From contig OX597825.1 in assembly GCA_951406725.2 (NCBI GenBank), forward strand, positions 43,710,001-43,774,000: 64,000 nt of DNA. Reading direction: 5' to 3'. This stretch comes from Octopus vulgaris (Eukaryota). The position numbers and the translations under genes were made by a program. The notes below the pieces were generated by a model that worked only from the letters and a program-made list of their open reading frames with translations, had not been told where the DNA came from and ran no database searches. The number at the start of each line of letters is the position of its first letter. The first letter of the stretch is position 1. Shown here in pieces: positions 14,457-28,150 of the stretch.

Positions 14457-15526
14457 GGAGCTATTGATCTCGTACAGGATACCCAAACTGAACAACCCGA
14501 GGGAAGTACGGCAACTATTGTTGCAAAGAAGGTGAAATTGATGGCAATGAAAAAAGCGCACGAGCAATTGGCTGATAGGTGGGAGGAGAAACCTCTGCAC
14601 GGCAAATATGTGACCCGCAGCAAACAAGCTGATGTTGACCAGAAGCAAACCCATCAGTGGCTGCGGAGCTCAGGACTAAAAGCAGAGAGCGAAGGTTTCA
14701 TCCTGGCTGCTCAAGACCAAAGCCTATTAACCCGGAACTACCAGGCCAATGTGATGAAAAATGGAGCAGACCCAAAATGCCGATTCTGCAACGACATGAT
14801 TGAAACAGTGGACCACCTAATCTCTGGATGTAAAGTCTTAGCACCAGTGGAGTATAAATTAAGACATGACAGAGTTGGCCAATATCTCCACTGGCTAATA
14901 AGTCGGCATTACAATATCAAAACTGCCGACAAGTGGTATAATCACCACCCTGAGGCTGTAACTGAAGGAGAAAATGTAACCATTCTGTGGGACTTTCCAG
15001 TACATACAGACCGAACCATCAAGGCCAATAAACCAGATATTGTTGTGAAAGACCAAAACAATAAAGTTTGCTTATTGATCGACATGAGCATTCCCTGTGA
15101 TCATAATATCTCAGCGAAAGAGTTTGACAAGCTCAGAAAATATAAAGACCTACTCATTGAAATTGAGAAAATGTGGCATCTCAAGGCGGTTACAATACCA
15201 GTGATCGTAGGAGCACTAGGAATGATCAAGAAGGGAACTGAAAATTATATGAGAATGATCCCTGGCTTACCATCCCTGCAAGAAGTGCAAAAGATTGTCT
15301 TAACTGGTACATCACACGTATTGAGAAGAGCATTGTCGATGTGAGAACTGTTGCTGCTCATGTATTTTAATTTAACTTTAAAAAAAACAAAAAAACAAAA
15401 AAAAAATGAACGAACTACTGAGTTTGGTTTAATGGCCTACCAATATACACTATGAGTTTCTTTGCCCTAGGAGTCGGGAAGACACTCGGCAAGAAATGGA
15501 AGAAAATTTGAAAGAAGAAAAAAAAA

Positions 15527-15527
<1 letters not shown>
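14457..15527 (+). mobile_element. 5'-truncated R4/Dong-clade non-LTR retrotransposon (CCHC + restriction-like endonuclease) inserted in (TAA)n
   Basis: Frame open 14457-15344 with 'CRFCNDMIETVDHLISGC', 'RHD', 'NKPDIVV', 'IDMSIP', 'KLRKY'; 3' UTR to 15527; (TAA)n abuts both ends. Confidence 0.92.
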
Positions 15528-15567
<40 letters not shown>

Positions 15568-15569
<2 letters not shown>

Positions 15570-15716
15570 ATTATTTACATTATTTACATTTGACGGATAT
15601 TTGTCCTCATCTTGTTTGTTGTTAACACAACGTTTCGGCTGACATACCCTCCAGCCTTCATCAGGTGTCTTGGGGAAATTTCGAACCTGGGTTCTCATTC
15701 CTAAGGTATTTTTCGA

Positions 15717-15807
<91 letters not shown>

Positions 15808-15860
15808 CAAATATCCGTCAAATGTAAATAATGTACATAATTCCTCGTCTTTTAAATATA
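15568..15860 (-). mobile_element. Short Penelope-type terminal-repeat fragments in inverted arrangement, embedded in TAA/TTG microsatellite
   Basis: 29-bp perfect inverted repeat 15576-15604 / 15807-15835; contains a hammerhead core. Confidence 0.65.
15624..15669 (-). ncRNA. Minimal type I hammerhead ribozyme, core intact
   Basis: Minus: gacac-CTGATGA-a-ggctg(gagggtatgt)cagcc-GAAA-cg-TT-gtgtt; palindromic aacgtt stem III. Confidence 0.75.
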
Positions 15861-15885
15861 GAACAACAACAACAATAACAAACGC

Positions 15886-15937
<52 letters not shown>

Positions 15938-16672
15938 GTAATAATAATAAAGTACTCTTTGTTCTGCCATTCATTCTTTCTTTCCTTTTTTGTATTTTAT
16001 TATACGTTTTTAGGTTTTATGAAAAAGTAATGAAATGAAATTGCTTCAATCGCAGGTATAAATTTGTTGTCTTGGCAAAGTGACAATTTCACTTTGTTTC
16101 ATGACTAACAACCCAAAGATAGACTAGGGAAGGGCTGTGATCTACATGTATCTTCTCTAATTACTTTGGAGAAGCGAAAGAAATATTTGATTTAATTCCG
16201 ACCGATAGAATTGTCAGCGGAGGAAAGTATTTAGTATGAATTTTACCAAAATTTTAAATAATTTGTTTTGTGACGTGTTGAAAGATATTTCTATTGCCTT
16301 TTGCCTTTTGTTAAACTGATTTCAATTTTCGTATAAACAGTTGTTCACTCGACAGACATCGTTGAATAGAACTGGGTTACCTTAAATTCCGAATTAACAT
16401 TTTTTATTCAAAACTATTTTTCCCACCTTCTCACATATTCAATCAATGTATTAAAAAAGTGAAAATGTTTCAACGTTTATCTGCTTGGTTGAATTTTAAA
16501 TCGGTATCTTAGTAACTACTGAAGCTAAAAGTCCAGATCGTGCTTCAATAATTGCAAATCAAAATTAAAGCAACTGATTTGTGTCGAGCGAAAGTTTGTT
16601 CGTTTAGCGCGTCATGTGGCTTATGACTTTGCGGCCCATATCGAAAACGATGAACAAAAGCAAGTACAAATA

Positions 16673-16686
16673 GTTTCCATAGCAAC
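16673..16686. promoter_or_regulatory. Candidate RFX X-box
   Basis: GTTTCCATAGCAAC is a near-palindromic match to the RFX consensus, in non-repetitive CpG-containing sequence. Confidence 0.4.
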
Positions 16687-16923
16687 ACATACTGGTTATT
16701 GTAAAAGTAACAGGTATAGCATACCAAACTTTAGTTATATGGGACAAGTAGAAAACTGATTAAATTTCAAAATTTGATGAAAATATGTATACTGAATAGA
16801 GGAAAGGGAGTTCTGAAGTAACTCTCTAAGTTACTGTAGCTTAGTTTTTTGGGGTTGTTTTTTCAATATAAAGCAAAGCTCGAATGAAATACAAATTAGC
16901 AAGTAATTTTGTGCATGCGTGAG

Positions 16924-16988
<65 letters not shown>

Positions 16989-17499
16989 TATTAAACACAT
17001 TAAGTTTCAAATCTTGCTTTAAAAATTAATTAGAAAACATCGTTTTCACTGATTTATTTTTTATAAATAAATCGAACATGTAATTATATATGTATGCCAA
17101 AGACTCTTGAAAATACAGTTTTCAAGAAATATTACATCTGCAAATGTTCTAATAGTCAAGAAATTATTGATGCAACCAATTAATATGTAAATAATATCTC
17201 TTATGTTCTATAAGTGGCACGCTGATCCAGCTTGATAGCTCGATTACTTGTGTTAAGCTAATTTAAAACAGCGACAATTTCGCTTATTATATATGCAAAT
17301 TAATTGTATATTTAAATCTCAAATGTGCAAATTAAGTAAAGTTCTTTTTATATTTGCATTCATCTTTTAAATGCATGTTATATACTGTTTCAGATTTTAC
17401 TATGTTTGAATAGGGTTAAGTTGTATTTTTAATAGTCCAGGACGAACATAGCACCTTCAAGCTTTTATACAATATACATATGTTAGGTGCCTCATATGT

Positions 17500-17800
17500 G
17501 GAGGTGCAGTGGCCCAGTGGTTAGGGCAAGTTCACTGCCCTAACCACTGCAGCGAACTTGCAGTCGGAGGATCGCGGTTTCGATTCCCAGACCGTTGTAT
17601 GTGTTTATTGAGCGAAAACGCCTAAAAGCTCCACGAAGCTCCGGCATGGGATGGTGGCGACCCCTGTCAACATTACAAACTAATACAAGATTTTATAGGG
17701 TTTTAATGTACAGAGTTTGCCTTTCATCCTTTCAGGAGTGATGAATTAAGTACCAGCGAAATATTGGTGTCGATGTAATCGACTAGTCCCCTCCCCCAAA
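17500..17800 (+). mobile_element. SINE family 3 head with internal inverted duplication, followed by a family 2 core fragment
   Basis: 'ggaggtgcagtggcccagtggttagggc...gcggtttcgattccc' matches the 40218 copy; 17713-17800 matches the 49098 core. Confidence 0.8.
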
Positions 17801-17809
17801 ATTATCATA

Positions 17810-18800
17810 TGTGTAACTTTTGCTTTGTATTTGTACAAGTTGATTCCAAGTCTCATCCAGAGACCACAAGAGACAACAAGTTAGAAGTTCATGTTGCTGT
17901 TATGCCTAGCGTGTCATATATTTGGTTTTGAATATGGTATTGTTCTAGAGAATGTTTAAAATATAAGAAAATTATAGTTTGTTTTAAAATTTGAGATTAC
18001 ATAGTGTTTTACGTAGGATATGAGCAGTACCCATGAGCACTATCTTTTGACTTTCTGCCATTTAGGGATTTCCTGGTATCTGAGCTAGGTAGGAATCCTC
18101 CCCTTTTTCTGTCATTCCTAGGTTACCTATGACAATAGGTATTGTTTTAGTCTTGAGGTTTCAAAGTTTGCCAATTTCTATTTCAAGATCTTTACACTTG
18201 CTCAGTTTTTGGTAGGTCTTGACAGATACATTTATGTCGATTGAGACAGCCTTATCAATGAGGAGGCATCATTTTTGTCTGAAGTCTTTTAATATAATGT
18301 CTGGCCTATTCGCATCTATATTTCTGTCAGTTTGAACGGTGAAGTTCCAGAAGAGTGAGCTGTGATCATCTTCAAGCAATGGAGGTGGTTTGTTTTCCCA
18401 CCAGTTTTTATCATGGGGCAGGTCCAGGTTTATGCAAATTACCCAGTGAATATATTGTGCCGCAAATTACCTAGAGAATATATTGTGCCAGATGAGATAC
18501 TCTGCAGACTCAAGAAGACTGCACACGGATACAACATGTGTGGTATCGTCTATTTTGGCCTTAGTGTTATTTGTCCGCAACGACTAGCCTTAAACAGTTA
18601 TTATGAGTCCTTCCGTTTCTTTCTTAAGGTCTCCATTCTTAATCCATAGTCAGCACTCTTCTGCTGCGACTCCTAAGGCTTGTCTGAAACGCTGGCAGTG
18701 TAGTTCTTTACCTCCAGATATTTCTTACTCGGTTTTGTTTTCTTCTTTTCTTGTATTCTGTTGTCGTCTCCACATCTTTCTCCTCTCGTCTGGCAGCTGG
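17810..18800 (-). mobile_element. Degraded R4/Dong 3' region
   Basis: Minus 'WIKNGDLKKETEGLII', 'LFWNFTVQTDRNIDANRPDIILKD', 'KDLEIEI', 'TIPIVIGNLGM'. Confidence 0.85.
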
Positions 18801-18809
18801 TATCAGTCT

Positions 18810-20412
18810 TTCTGGGTTGCTTCTCACTTACTCTTGTATATCTCATTTTCTATCTCTACACAGTATTCTATTGACATGAGACCTCTCTCCACCTCCTTCC
18901 ATGGTAGGTATAATCTATTGATAATGAAAGCATTCACTGCACTTATATTAATTATGTTGTGGAGTATAACTATTGGCCATCTTCGAGTCAGTCTTTTGCA
19001 AGAGTATGTCCTTACCATCTTATCTGGGGTATCTACTCCCCCTTTTATTTTATTCTAACATGTAATAACTTCAGGTTTCTTTTCATGACTTAATGAATCA
19101 ATTGATGGCTGAGAGTGCATTGTACTCATAAGTGTGACAATATATTTTTTCTTGTGACAATAAGATGGGATCATAGAATCCTTTTTCTTTTCCATTTGTG
19201 AAAGCACTTGGAAGTTCAACTCTGTTCTTTCTAATTATTCCAGCTAGAGTAGTTTTCTTGCTAAGTAGCTTTCGAGTAAATCCTAGACTTCTAAAAATAT
19301 TGTCACAAGTTAAATTGCGACCTGTATTTTCAAGTTCTTTTACTAGGTCTTCAACAACTCCTGAACCTTGATTTGTCTTTCTCACTTTTACTCGGTCTTT
19401 CCCAGTGTAGATTTGCATTTTGCAGGCATAAGATGTTTCACTATCACATATTGCCCAAATTTTAATTCCATATTTCCTTGGTTTTGAATGAATATATACC
19501 CGGAATGGGCATCGCTCTCTGTATAAAACTAATTGTTCATCAATTGTCATGCATGAACTTGGAACATATCCATCTTACAAATTCTGATTACACATTTCTT
19601 GAAGTAATTCGTAATTGGACAAATATTGAAGGTCAGGTTGCTTACAAAGATAAATGGAAGGAAATGAATCACTCTGAACTAAAGAAATATATTGGACTGA
19701 TTGTTCTTATAGGTGTTTATAAATCTAAACATGAAAATATTAGTTATGGGGTCAAGAAAATGGCCTCCCAATATTCAACAAAATTATGAGTCAGGGGAAG
19801 ATTTCAACAAAGTATTGCGTTTTGCAAGCTGTAGTTCTTGCCTGTCTCTAGAAACATATTGCTCATTCATAATTGGGTGGCTTACAGATTATTGTTTTTG
19901 AGTACCTTCACCATCTGATGACACAGAACCTAAACTGTCCAGCACAGAATCACTTTCACCATCGTCTTCAGAGCAATAGAAAGAATCACTACAATCTTCT
20001 TCCCATTTCTCATCTAATTCCAGTAACCTTTTCGATATTTGGTCTTCACTCAAGTTTTCACGCCTAGACATTTGGTAAGCATAACTGAACTATATGAAAC
20101 TTGACAGCAGACTAAAGGTAGATATTGCTATTGTAAGAATTGCGTCATCACAGAAATATTGCATCACCCTATAACCTAGCAGATTGAAGGTGATGCAATA
20201 CCACAGAAATTTATAGGAATATTTTCATGATTTTTTTCCCTGTTTTATCCAAAATTAAGCAAATAAATTAAATACAATTGTATCTATTTTATATCTGATA
20301 AATATCTAGGAAAATAATATTTGATACTGATTTTATTCTGTTTAGAATGACAAGAGTATTGTCTGAATTTAATTCGAGGGTCTAGTGGACCCATATGGTA
20401 GTTAATGCATAA
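18810..20412 (-). mobile_element. piggyBac transposon remnant with internal inversion
   Basis: Acidic N-terminus (19889-20071), 'TIDEQLV...CPFRVYIHSKPRKYGIKIW', 'LTCDNIF', 'GVDTPDKMVRTYSCKRLTRRWP'; segment ~19589-19824 lies on the + strand; end-like 'taactaccatatgggtccactagaccc' near 20405. Confidence 0.88.
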
Positions 20413-20639
20413 AGTGAAATTTTCTAGCTTTTATAAACATACGGAAAATTTCCAATTTGACAAATAAAAGAGAGTCAAGAAAAAATAAGAGTCATGAGAA
20501 ATCAGCAGAATCAAATAATATAAACAGTAGGAAAAAGCAACTGAAAAGACTGGAATGGGTCCATTGTAGACAGAAGATTAATACTTTCTTGCTTATTCTG
20601 GCTGTGCCGAGAAGGCAAACCTTTTGTAAACCTTTATAT

Positions 20640-21960
20640 TCCTCTTGATGTCTTCTGATACTGTTCCCAAGGACTCAACAATAATTGGCACCATCGTCAC
20701 CTTCTTTATTTTCCATAGTCGAGCTATTTCGTACTTAAGAGGGTTTTATCTATCTATCTTTTCGCCTTCTTTTTGACTATTTGTGGGTCAAAGAGGTATG
20801 CAATATTAATTATATAGCTTATATAATTGTACACCACCACTAGGTCCGGTCTATTATACTCGGTAATCCCAGAGGATTTTGTTAGTCTCCGAATCCGCCA
20901 CTCTCACCGGTTTGTGCTCATACCATATCTTGCCTCTCTCTCTAGCCCCCGCTTTTCGCAGTTTCCAATGCAGTACTTTCGCAACCTGATCGTGTCGCCA
21001 CGATTTATAGAGGTTTGGGGCAAGTCTAGGGCATTTGTTCGTGATATGGGCAATGGAACAGCTGAGACACTTGCTCCTTCCTAAGATTGACCCTCTAGCA
21101 CATGGCCAAATCTTGATCTCCGTCTCTTTTTTTAGGGTTCCTTTCATCAGCCAATCCCACCTATTTTTTCTAGTAACTTCTGTTTTGGTTACATGGAATT
21201 GATTGTATAGTCTCTCCTTGCGTAATTATTCTTCATATCCTTTTTGTATTTCTTCCTTTGTTTTCTCTTTTATTCTCTACTCTCAATACTCCCTCGCTCC
21301 TAACTATCATTAGGATGATTTCCTTACTTTTGGCTAGATATCTCATTAAGCTCTCCAGTTCGATACGCACGCAATCTTCCACACATATCAGGCCCCTTCC
21401 TCCATTTGCTCTCTTTATGTATAGGCGATCAGTGTCTGCACGTGGATGATGAGCTCTCTGTATCGTTAGGAGCTTTCTTGACTTCCAGTACATCTCCTTT
21501 AGTTTCTCCCCTGTCCACTTCAGGAATCCTGCGCCATACCGAACTACTGCGACTACGCGCGAGTTTATTCGCGAAATTATGTTTCTGGCATTCAGCTTTG
21601 AAACTAATATTCTTCTCACTCGCCGCGGGTACTCTCTTTTTTGTCTTTTCCTTCATGTGGTAGTGTTTGAATCCATCTGCCTCGAGTATTGACCGGTATG
21701 TATAACTGGAATGAAGTTGAATTGCCTTCATCATTTCACCACTTAGCAACCATATGCCATCTGTCCTGGCAACGTTCCTCGTCTCATCACCTTCGTAGCA
21801 CATTTTGATAGTCCAAACTCCATCTTAATATCATTGGAGAAAATCCGCACAGACTGGCCTAGGCTGTCCAGTTCTGCTTCAGTTTATTTTTTAATATCTT
21901 CAGGTCGTCCATGAATAGCAAGTGGTTCAGATTTCCCATAACTCTTCCCCGATCATACTT
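20640..21960 (-). mobile_element. Degraded R4/Dong element (RT C-terminal part to RLE)
   Basis: 'LNHLLFMDDLKI', 'DRLYIKRANGGRGLICVED', 'GTLKKETE', 'RHDQVAKVLHWKL', 'PDLVVV'. Confidence 0.88.
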
Positions 21961-22836
<876 letters not shown>

Positions 22837-24105
22837 TCTATCTATCTATCCGCTCAGTCGAAGTCGACTCTCGGTTAGTCGTTGGACCAGTGTCCTCCAG
22901 TCAGTTCTATCCTGGGCCGCTTCTTTCAGATTGGCTATGTCCATTCCGGTATCATTCTTGATGGTGTCAAGCCAGCGGGTTCTTGGTCGGCCTCTTCCTC
23001 TCTTGCCACTGACCATTCCGAGCATGATGTCCTTCTCCGGGGATTTTCTCTGCATAATATGACCGAAATATGCCAATCTATGCTTGGAAATCCTAGCTTC
23101 TAGCGACACTTTCGGCCTGATCTGCTTAAGAACTTCTCCATTGGTGAGCCTCACTGTCCATGGAATCCGTAAAAGTCTTCTCCAACACCAAAGCTCGAAT
23201 GCATTAATTCTCTTCTGGTCAACTTTCTTTAGTGTCCAGGTCTCGCATCCATATGTTGCTATTGGGAAGACAATTGCATTCACCAATCTGCATTTGGTAG
23301 CGAGTCTGATGTCTCTACTCTTCCAGACCCTGCTCATGCTGACCATTGCCTCTCTGCCTGGTACTATCCGCCGTCTTATTTCTGGGGTGCAGTCACCATC
23401 TCGATTTATTTTGGAGCCAAGGAAGATGAAATCATCAACCACTTCGATCTCTTCATTATCGATCTTGATGCTAAAGTTTGTTGTGGCTGCTGTTGACATG
23501 ATCTTCGTTTTCTTAACATTGAGGTACAGCCCAAATTTCTCACTCTCTTTCTTGACCAGCAGGACAAGATCCTCCAGATCCTTACCACTCTCCGCCAGCA
23601 GGGTTGTATCATCTGCATAGCGAAGGTTATTAATATTTCTTCCTCCAATCCTCACTCCAATGCTGCTATCCTCCAGGCCTGCATTCCTCATGACCTTTTC
23701 AGCGTACATGTTGAAGGCTACTGGTGACAGGATGCAACCTTGCCGAGTGCCTTTTCCAATCTCAAACCAATCAGTGTCGCCATATGGTGTCCGTACTGTA
23801 GCCTTTGGTTTTGATAGAGTGATCTAATAAGCTGGACAAGGTGTAAAGGTGTTCCCATTTCCTCCAGACATTTCCATAACTTGTCATGATCAATGTTGTC
23901 AAAGGCTTTGGAGTAATCGATGAAACACATGTACAGCTTCTTTTGGTATTCTCTTGCCTTTTCCATAATCCACCGTAGGTTGGCGATGTGATCGCGGGTG
24001 CCTCTTCCCTTTCTGAAACCAGCTTGCACCTCTGACAATTCTCTCTCAATAGTTGTGTTCAGGCGCTTCTGGATGATTTTAAGGAGAATTTTGTTTACAT
24101 GGGGG
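22837..24105 (-). mobile_element. Young 5'-truncated RTE-clade LINE with 14-bp TSD
   Basis: 'QAGFRKGRGTRDHI', 'FIDYSKAFD', 'NLRYADDT', 'FIFLGS', 'RGRGRPRTRW'; apparently one frameshift near 23805; (GATA)n tail; TSD atcagttattccta at 22823-22836 and 24106-24119. Confidence 0.95.
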
Positions 24106-24144
24106 ATCAGTTATTCCTAATCTTACTTTTTCAATTTGTTTATT

Positions 24145-24149
24145 ATTAA

Positions 24150-24180
<31 letters not shown>

Positions 24181-24188
24181 GCTGCTGC

Positions 24189-24263
<75 letters not shown>
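24145..24263. repeat. (TTG)n microsatellite, followed by a SINE family 2 fragment (24266-24385)
   Basis: Seen directly. Confidence 0.9.
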
Positions 24264-24449
24264 AAGGCGACGAGCTGGTAGAACTGTTAGCACGCCGGGT
24301 GAAATACTTCACGGTATTTCGTCTGCCGCCACGTTCTGAGTTTATTCCTCCCCCAAAATTGCTGCCCTTGTGGCAAAATTTGAAACTATTATTATTGTTG
24401 TTGTTATTAATCTTATCAGCAGCAGTATTATCATTAGTATTGTTAGAGA

Positions 24450-24645
24450 TTATTATTATTTGGTTTTACTCAGGTTCGGTCTTACTCCTGAATGGATTTA
24501 TGTGGATAGTGGGTTTTTAACTGTAACCTTAGATTATTTCAAGTGCTTAGCACCCTCCTGATAATCTTCGCTGTCCCTAAGAGAGAAACGTTCTGTAGGA
24601 GCTCTACACGTCATTCTATTCCAATCTCCTTCAGCCAATATTTCT
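24450..24645 (-). mobile_element. R4/Dong 3' terminal fragment ending in (TAA)n
   Basis: Minus 'LKEIGIE..VELLQNVSLLGTAKIIRRVL', short UTR, then TAA repeats. Confidence 0.7.
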
Positions 24646-24781
24646 ATATTTTTTATCATCTATGTCTTAATATAAATATGCGGTTATTTTAATCGAATAA
24701 TATCTCATATCATACATCTGAATTATGAATTTGCTTGTCTGAAAGTTTAAGACAAATATCTGAAATTTTTATCTTATACCA

Positions 24782-24785
<4 letters not shown>

Positions 24786-24860
<75 letters not shown>

Positions 24861-25019
24861 ATGTATATATGTATGTACGTATATATATAATGTGTGTGTG
24901 TGTATATATATATATATATAAAATGTATATATATATATATATGTATGTATGTACCTATATATATATATAATGTGTGTGTATATATATATATATGTATGTA
25001 TGTATATGTGTGTGTGTGT

Positions 25020-25059
<40 letters not shown>

Positions 25060-25092
25060 ATGTGTGTGTGCGTGTGTGTGTGTGTGAGTGTG
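24786..25092. repeat. (TA)n/(TG)n compound microsatellite
   Basis: Seen directly. Confidence 0.9.
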
Positions 25093-25480
25093 TATGTCAG
25101 GCTGAATAAAAAGAAAGCAACGTTTTGAAACATGAGATTAATCACAATATATTTCAACACAGCGGAAATTTTATTCTTCAAAGTACCATTACAATCATCA
25201 CATTTTTGCTAACGAGTTACAAATTTGTTTATTCCGGTAACATAAGAATATGGAGTTCTGGAGCTGATGAACTCTTCGAACGCACTTTCAGCATCGGTTC
25301 GATTTTTGGACTTCTTTTCTCGCAGGAAACCATAAGGTGATTGAAAAAGTGATAGTCGGTAGGAGAATAAGGTATGGGGAATAAGCTGGGCGGGGAAGAA
25401 CCTCGTAGCTAAGTTCCTTCAACTTCTGGAGACTCATTAGTGAAACGTGTGGTCGATAATTGGCATGAAGAATGACACGA
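25093..25480 (-). mobile_element. Mariner 3' remnant
   Basis: Minus 'HANYRPHVSLMSLQKLKELSYEVLPRPAYSP...PTDYHFFNHL'. Confidence 0.8.
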
Positions 25481-28150
25481 GGAGGTCCGTAAGGTCCCTC
25501 CTACATTCCATCCCGCCGCCCCTTCCGAAAAGCAGGGCGAAATGCACCTTAAAGACCTTACACATCTCCTCGGGTTCCCTTGATCATTCTCAACGACCTT
25601 ATAGTGCTATTATGTCCACGTTGGGTCTCTATCACACAGGTCCATCTCGCAGCTTTGATTCCTTCCCGTCTCATTGCAAGTTGCTTAACCCTGAATACGC
25701 ATCCTTCTTTTTTAGTCTCGAGATGAAGGTTAAGCGCCATTCTCACAGCAAAAACTCGAGGTGCGGAGTCAGATTCCAGTGCTTCGTCTAAAGCCTTTCT
25801 ACTCAATTTTTCTTAGCCACTAACTCTTTGCTATACGTAATCCCTGTCTACGTAACTTATTTAAGTCCAGCCTACAAGTCACAAATTTGTAATCACTATA
25901 GATGACATAGTGAAATTGTGGACGACTAACTAGGTTTTTGTCTATTTCCCTAATTCCCTAATTAGAATTCTGTCTAAATAAGATCTAGATGACTCATCGC
26001 TATTAGTCCATGTCCAGAATGGAGCGTCTAGGACATCTAGTTTATACCTATCTACCAGCTGAAATGGACTAAGCAGATTACTGAAGCACGGGTTTCCCCT
26101 TCTAACAGTAGACGAACCAACGTAATCTACACGTGCATCGCAGATTACGTTAAATCACCTAACATTACTATGGTGTGAGACGTCCCAAGAAACTTCTCCA
26201 GGCCTAAAAAAAATCAGACTGTCCAGTTCACGAGGTAGCGTAGACAGCTACCAGCCTGAAGATCTTACCGCTGCTTAGTGCCACGATAGTTTATTTTTCT
26301 GAGCAGCACAGCAACGCCTCTTCCTCCTCCAGGTAGGCACGGAGAAATAACTTTCTCGTAGCCATTTAGGAGTGGGGGAAACCCCGTCGACTACCCAATC
26401 TGGACTCTGTGGCAACTGTAATATCCATTCTAAGCAACCTGAGGCCATTCAAGAAACGACGTTGTTTCCATTTTGCCCATCCCCCCAGGTCGCGTACAAT
26501 TAAACATCCAACATAAAGTGTATCCATAACGTTGTACTAACGGTTGGAAATGGGGTAGCACTACCATCTCATTCCTTTGATTTTTGATCCGGGGTTTGCC
26601 AGGTGTCGTTGACAAGGCTCTCAAACATTAATGGGGAAAAGTCTTTCCTCGGAGGGCCTATATCATTTTTTAATTGGTTTGCTAACCTATTATAGTTAGC
26701 CCTGTCTATATTATAAATTGCTATATTTGGGGTAAAGTTTTTTCCCTCAAGGGTTTTTGTGCTGTTGTCCGCATTAGGCACGTCTTTCAATTGCTGCAGT
26801 AGTGACTTGTTAGTCGTCACTACTGTAGTATAATCTATGTCTAGATGGGAGGGGAACATTTTGGGCTGGGATCTTTTGGTGTTTGTGTGTTCGGTTGGTT
26901 GCCGTTTTTTTTATGTTTTGTTGTGGGGCTAGTGGGGTTGGATTGGGCGATTTTTCCTTCCTTTTCTGGAGAAAATCTCCCACCTTTCTCCTTGGGCTTC
27001 CTCCATCTCCTCTTTTGTTTCATTTTCAGAAATTTGTTCAACGTTTCCTCTGCAGCTTCTGTTTGTTTTTCTGCAGGTGGGGGGAGTCACTGCTTTTTTG
27101 AGGGGAGGTTGGAACTCGGCCCTAATGTGACCTTTTTGACCACACATGTAGCAACGAGGCTTCTTCCCCTCTACTGTGACTCCCAGCTTAGTCTCTCCTA
27201 CCTGTATAGTGTCTATATTTTCTAAATCCGCCGGGGCAGCTTGTATAATCTTTTCCAGGCCTTGACCCGGCCAATTTTGCAGTCCCAACGCTGAGGCTTG
27301 GAGAATTGTAATCTTATCCTCCAAGCTGTTTATTATGGCTTCCACCAGCCTAGCGGGGCCTATTTCAGGTGGGATATCTCCTACCCTAATTTTGGAAGTT
27401 CGCCTTCCAAGATAAAAACGTAGGAGAACCACCTCCACCGCAGTTTTTAATGGTTCTGTTGATGCATGTTTTGCCTTTTCCTAGGTTTTGAAATGGATTT
27501 CTATTGTGTAATACTTCACTCCTCTTGTGACGTATGCCACGTCGTTTCAAACTGGACGGAGACGCAGCTCCACCGCCTCTTTACTTTTTGCTTTGGTCAT
27601 ATATGATTTGTATATCACGGTACACCGCAGTGCATTATGCGTCATTTCACTGGGAGGAGTAATCTCTGTTTCGCTCCCCTCCCTTTTCATTATACCTTTG
27701 TATCTTCCGAGCTTATTGCTTCCACAATCTATTGTCGTTTTTGAGACACCGGCCGCTGCTGCAAAATTGCTAGCTTTTCTTCCTTGAATAAATTCTTCTC
27801 CTGTCGGAATGCTATTTAAAACTGCGCTACCTTTTCCGCTTGTGATATCTTTCCATTCACTTGTACCAGGTTCACTACTGGTTTTGGCATTAATAGGTGA
27901 TTTGTCCATGTTTTTTTCTTTCTTTTTTCTTTTTTTTTTTTTTGAAAAATACAACAATATTTTTCCCCCTTCACACAAGGAGGGAAACTTTAACAAAGGA
28001 CTACCAAAAGCAGAGAAATAGGTGTTTAAAAAACACTCAACAAAAGTTCAAAAACGTAATAATTCAACAGTGCAAATTCAACAAATAAACCGCAAATTAT
28101 CCATAAAACTTACGCCAAACCTTTCGAACAACATTTACGAACAAGTCGGT
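25480..28150 (-). mobile_element. Array unit A: Tx1-like 5' UTR + ORF1 (~27910-26450) joined to a degraded ORF2 APE endonuclease fragment (~26410-25480)
   Basis: ORF1 'YLGRRTSKIRVGDIPPEI', 'PRCYMCGQKGHIRAEF'; EN 'MDITVATESRL', 'GRGVAVLLRK', 'FRLVAVYA', 'LGTSHTIVMLGD'. Confidence 0.8.
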
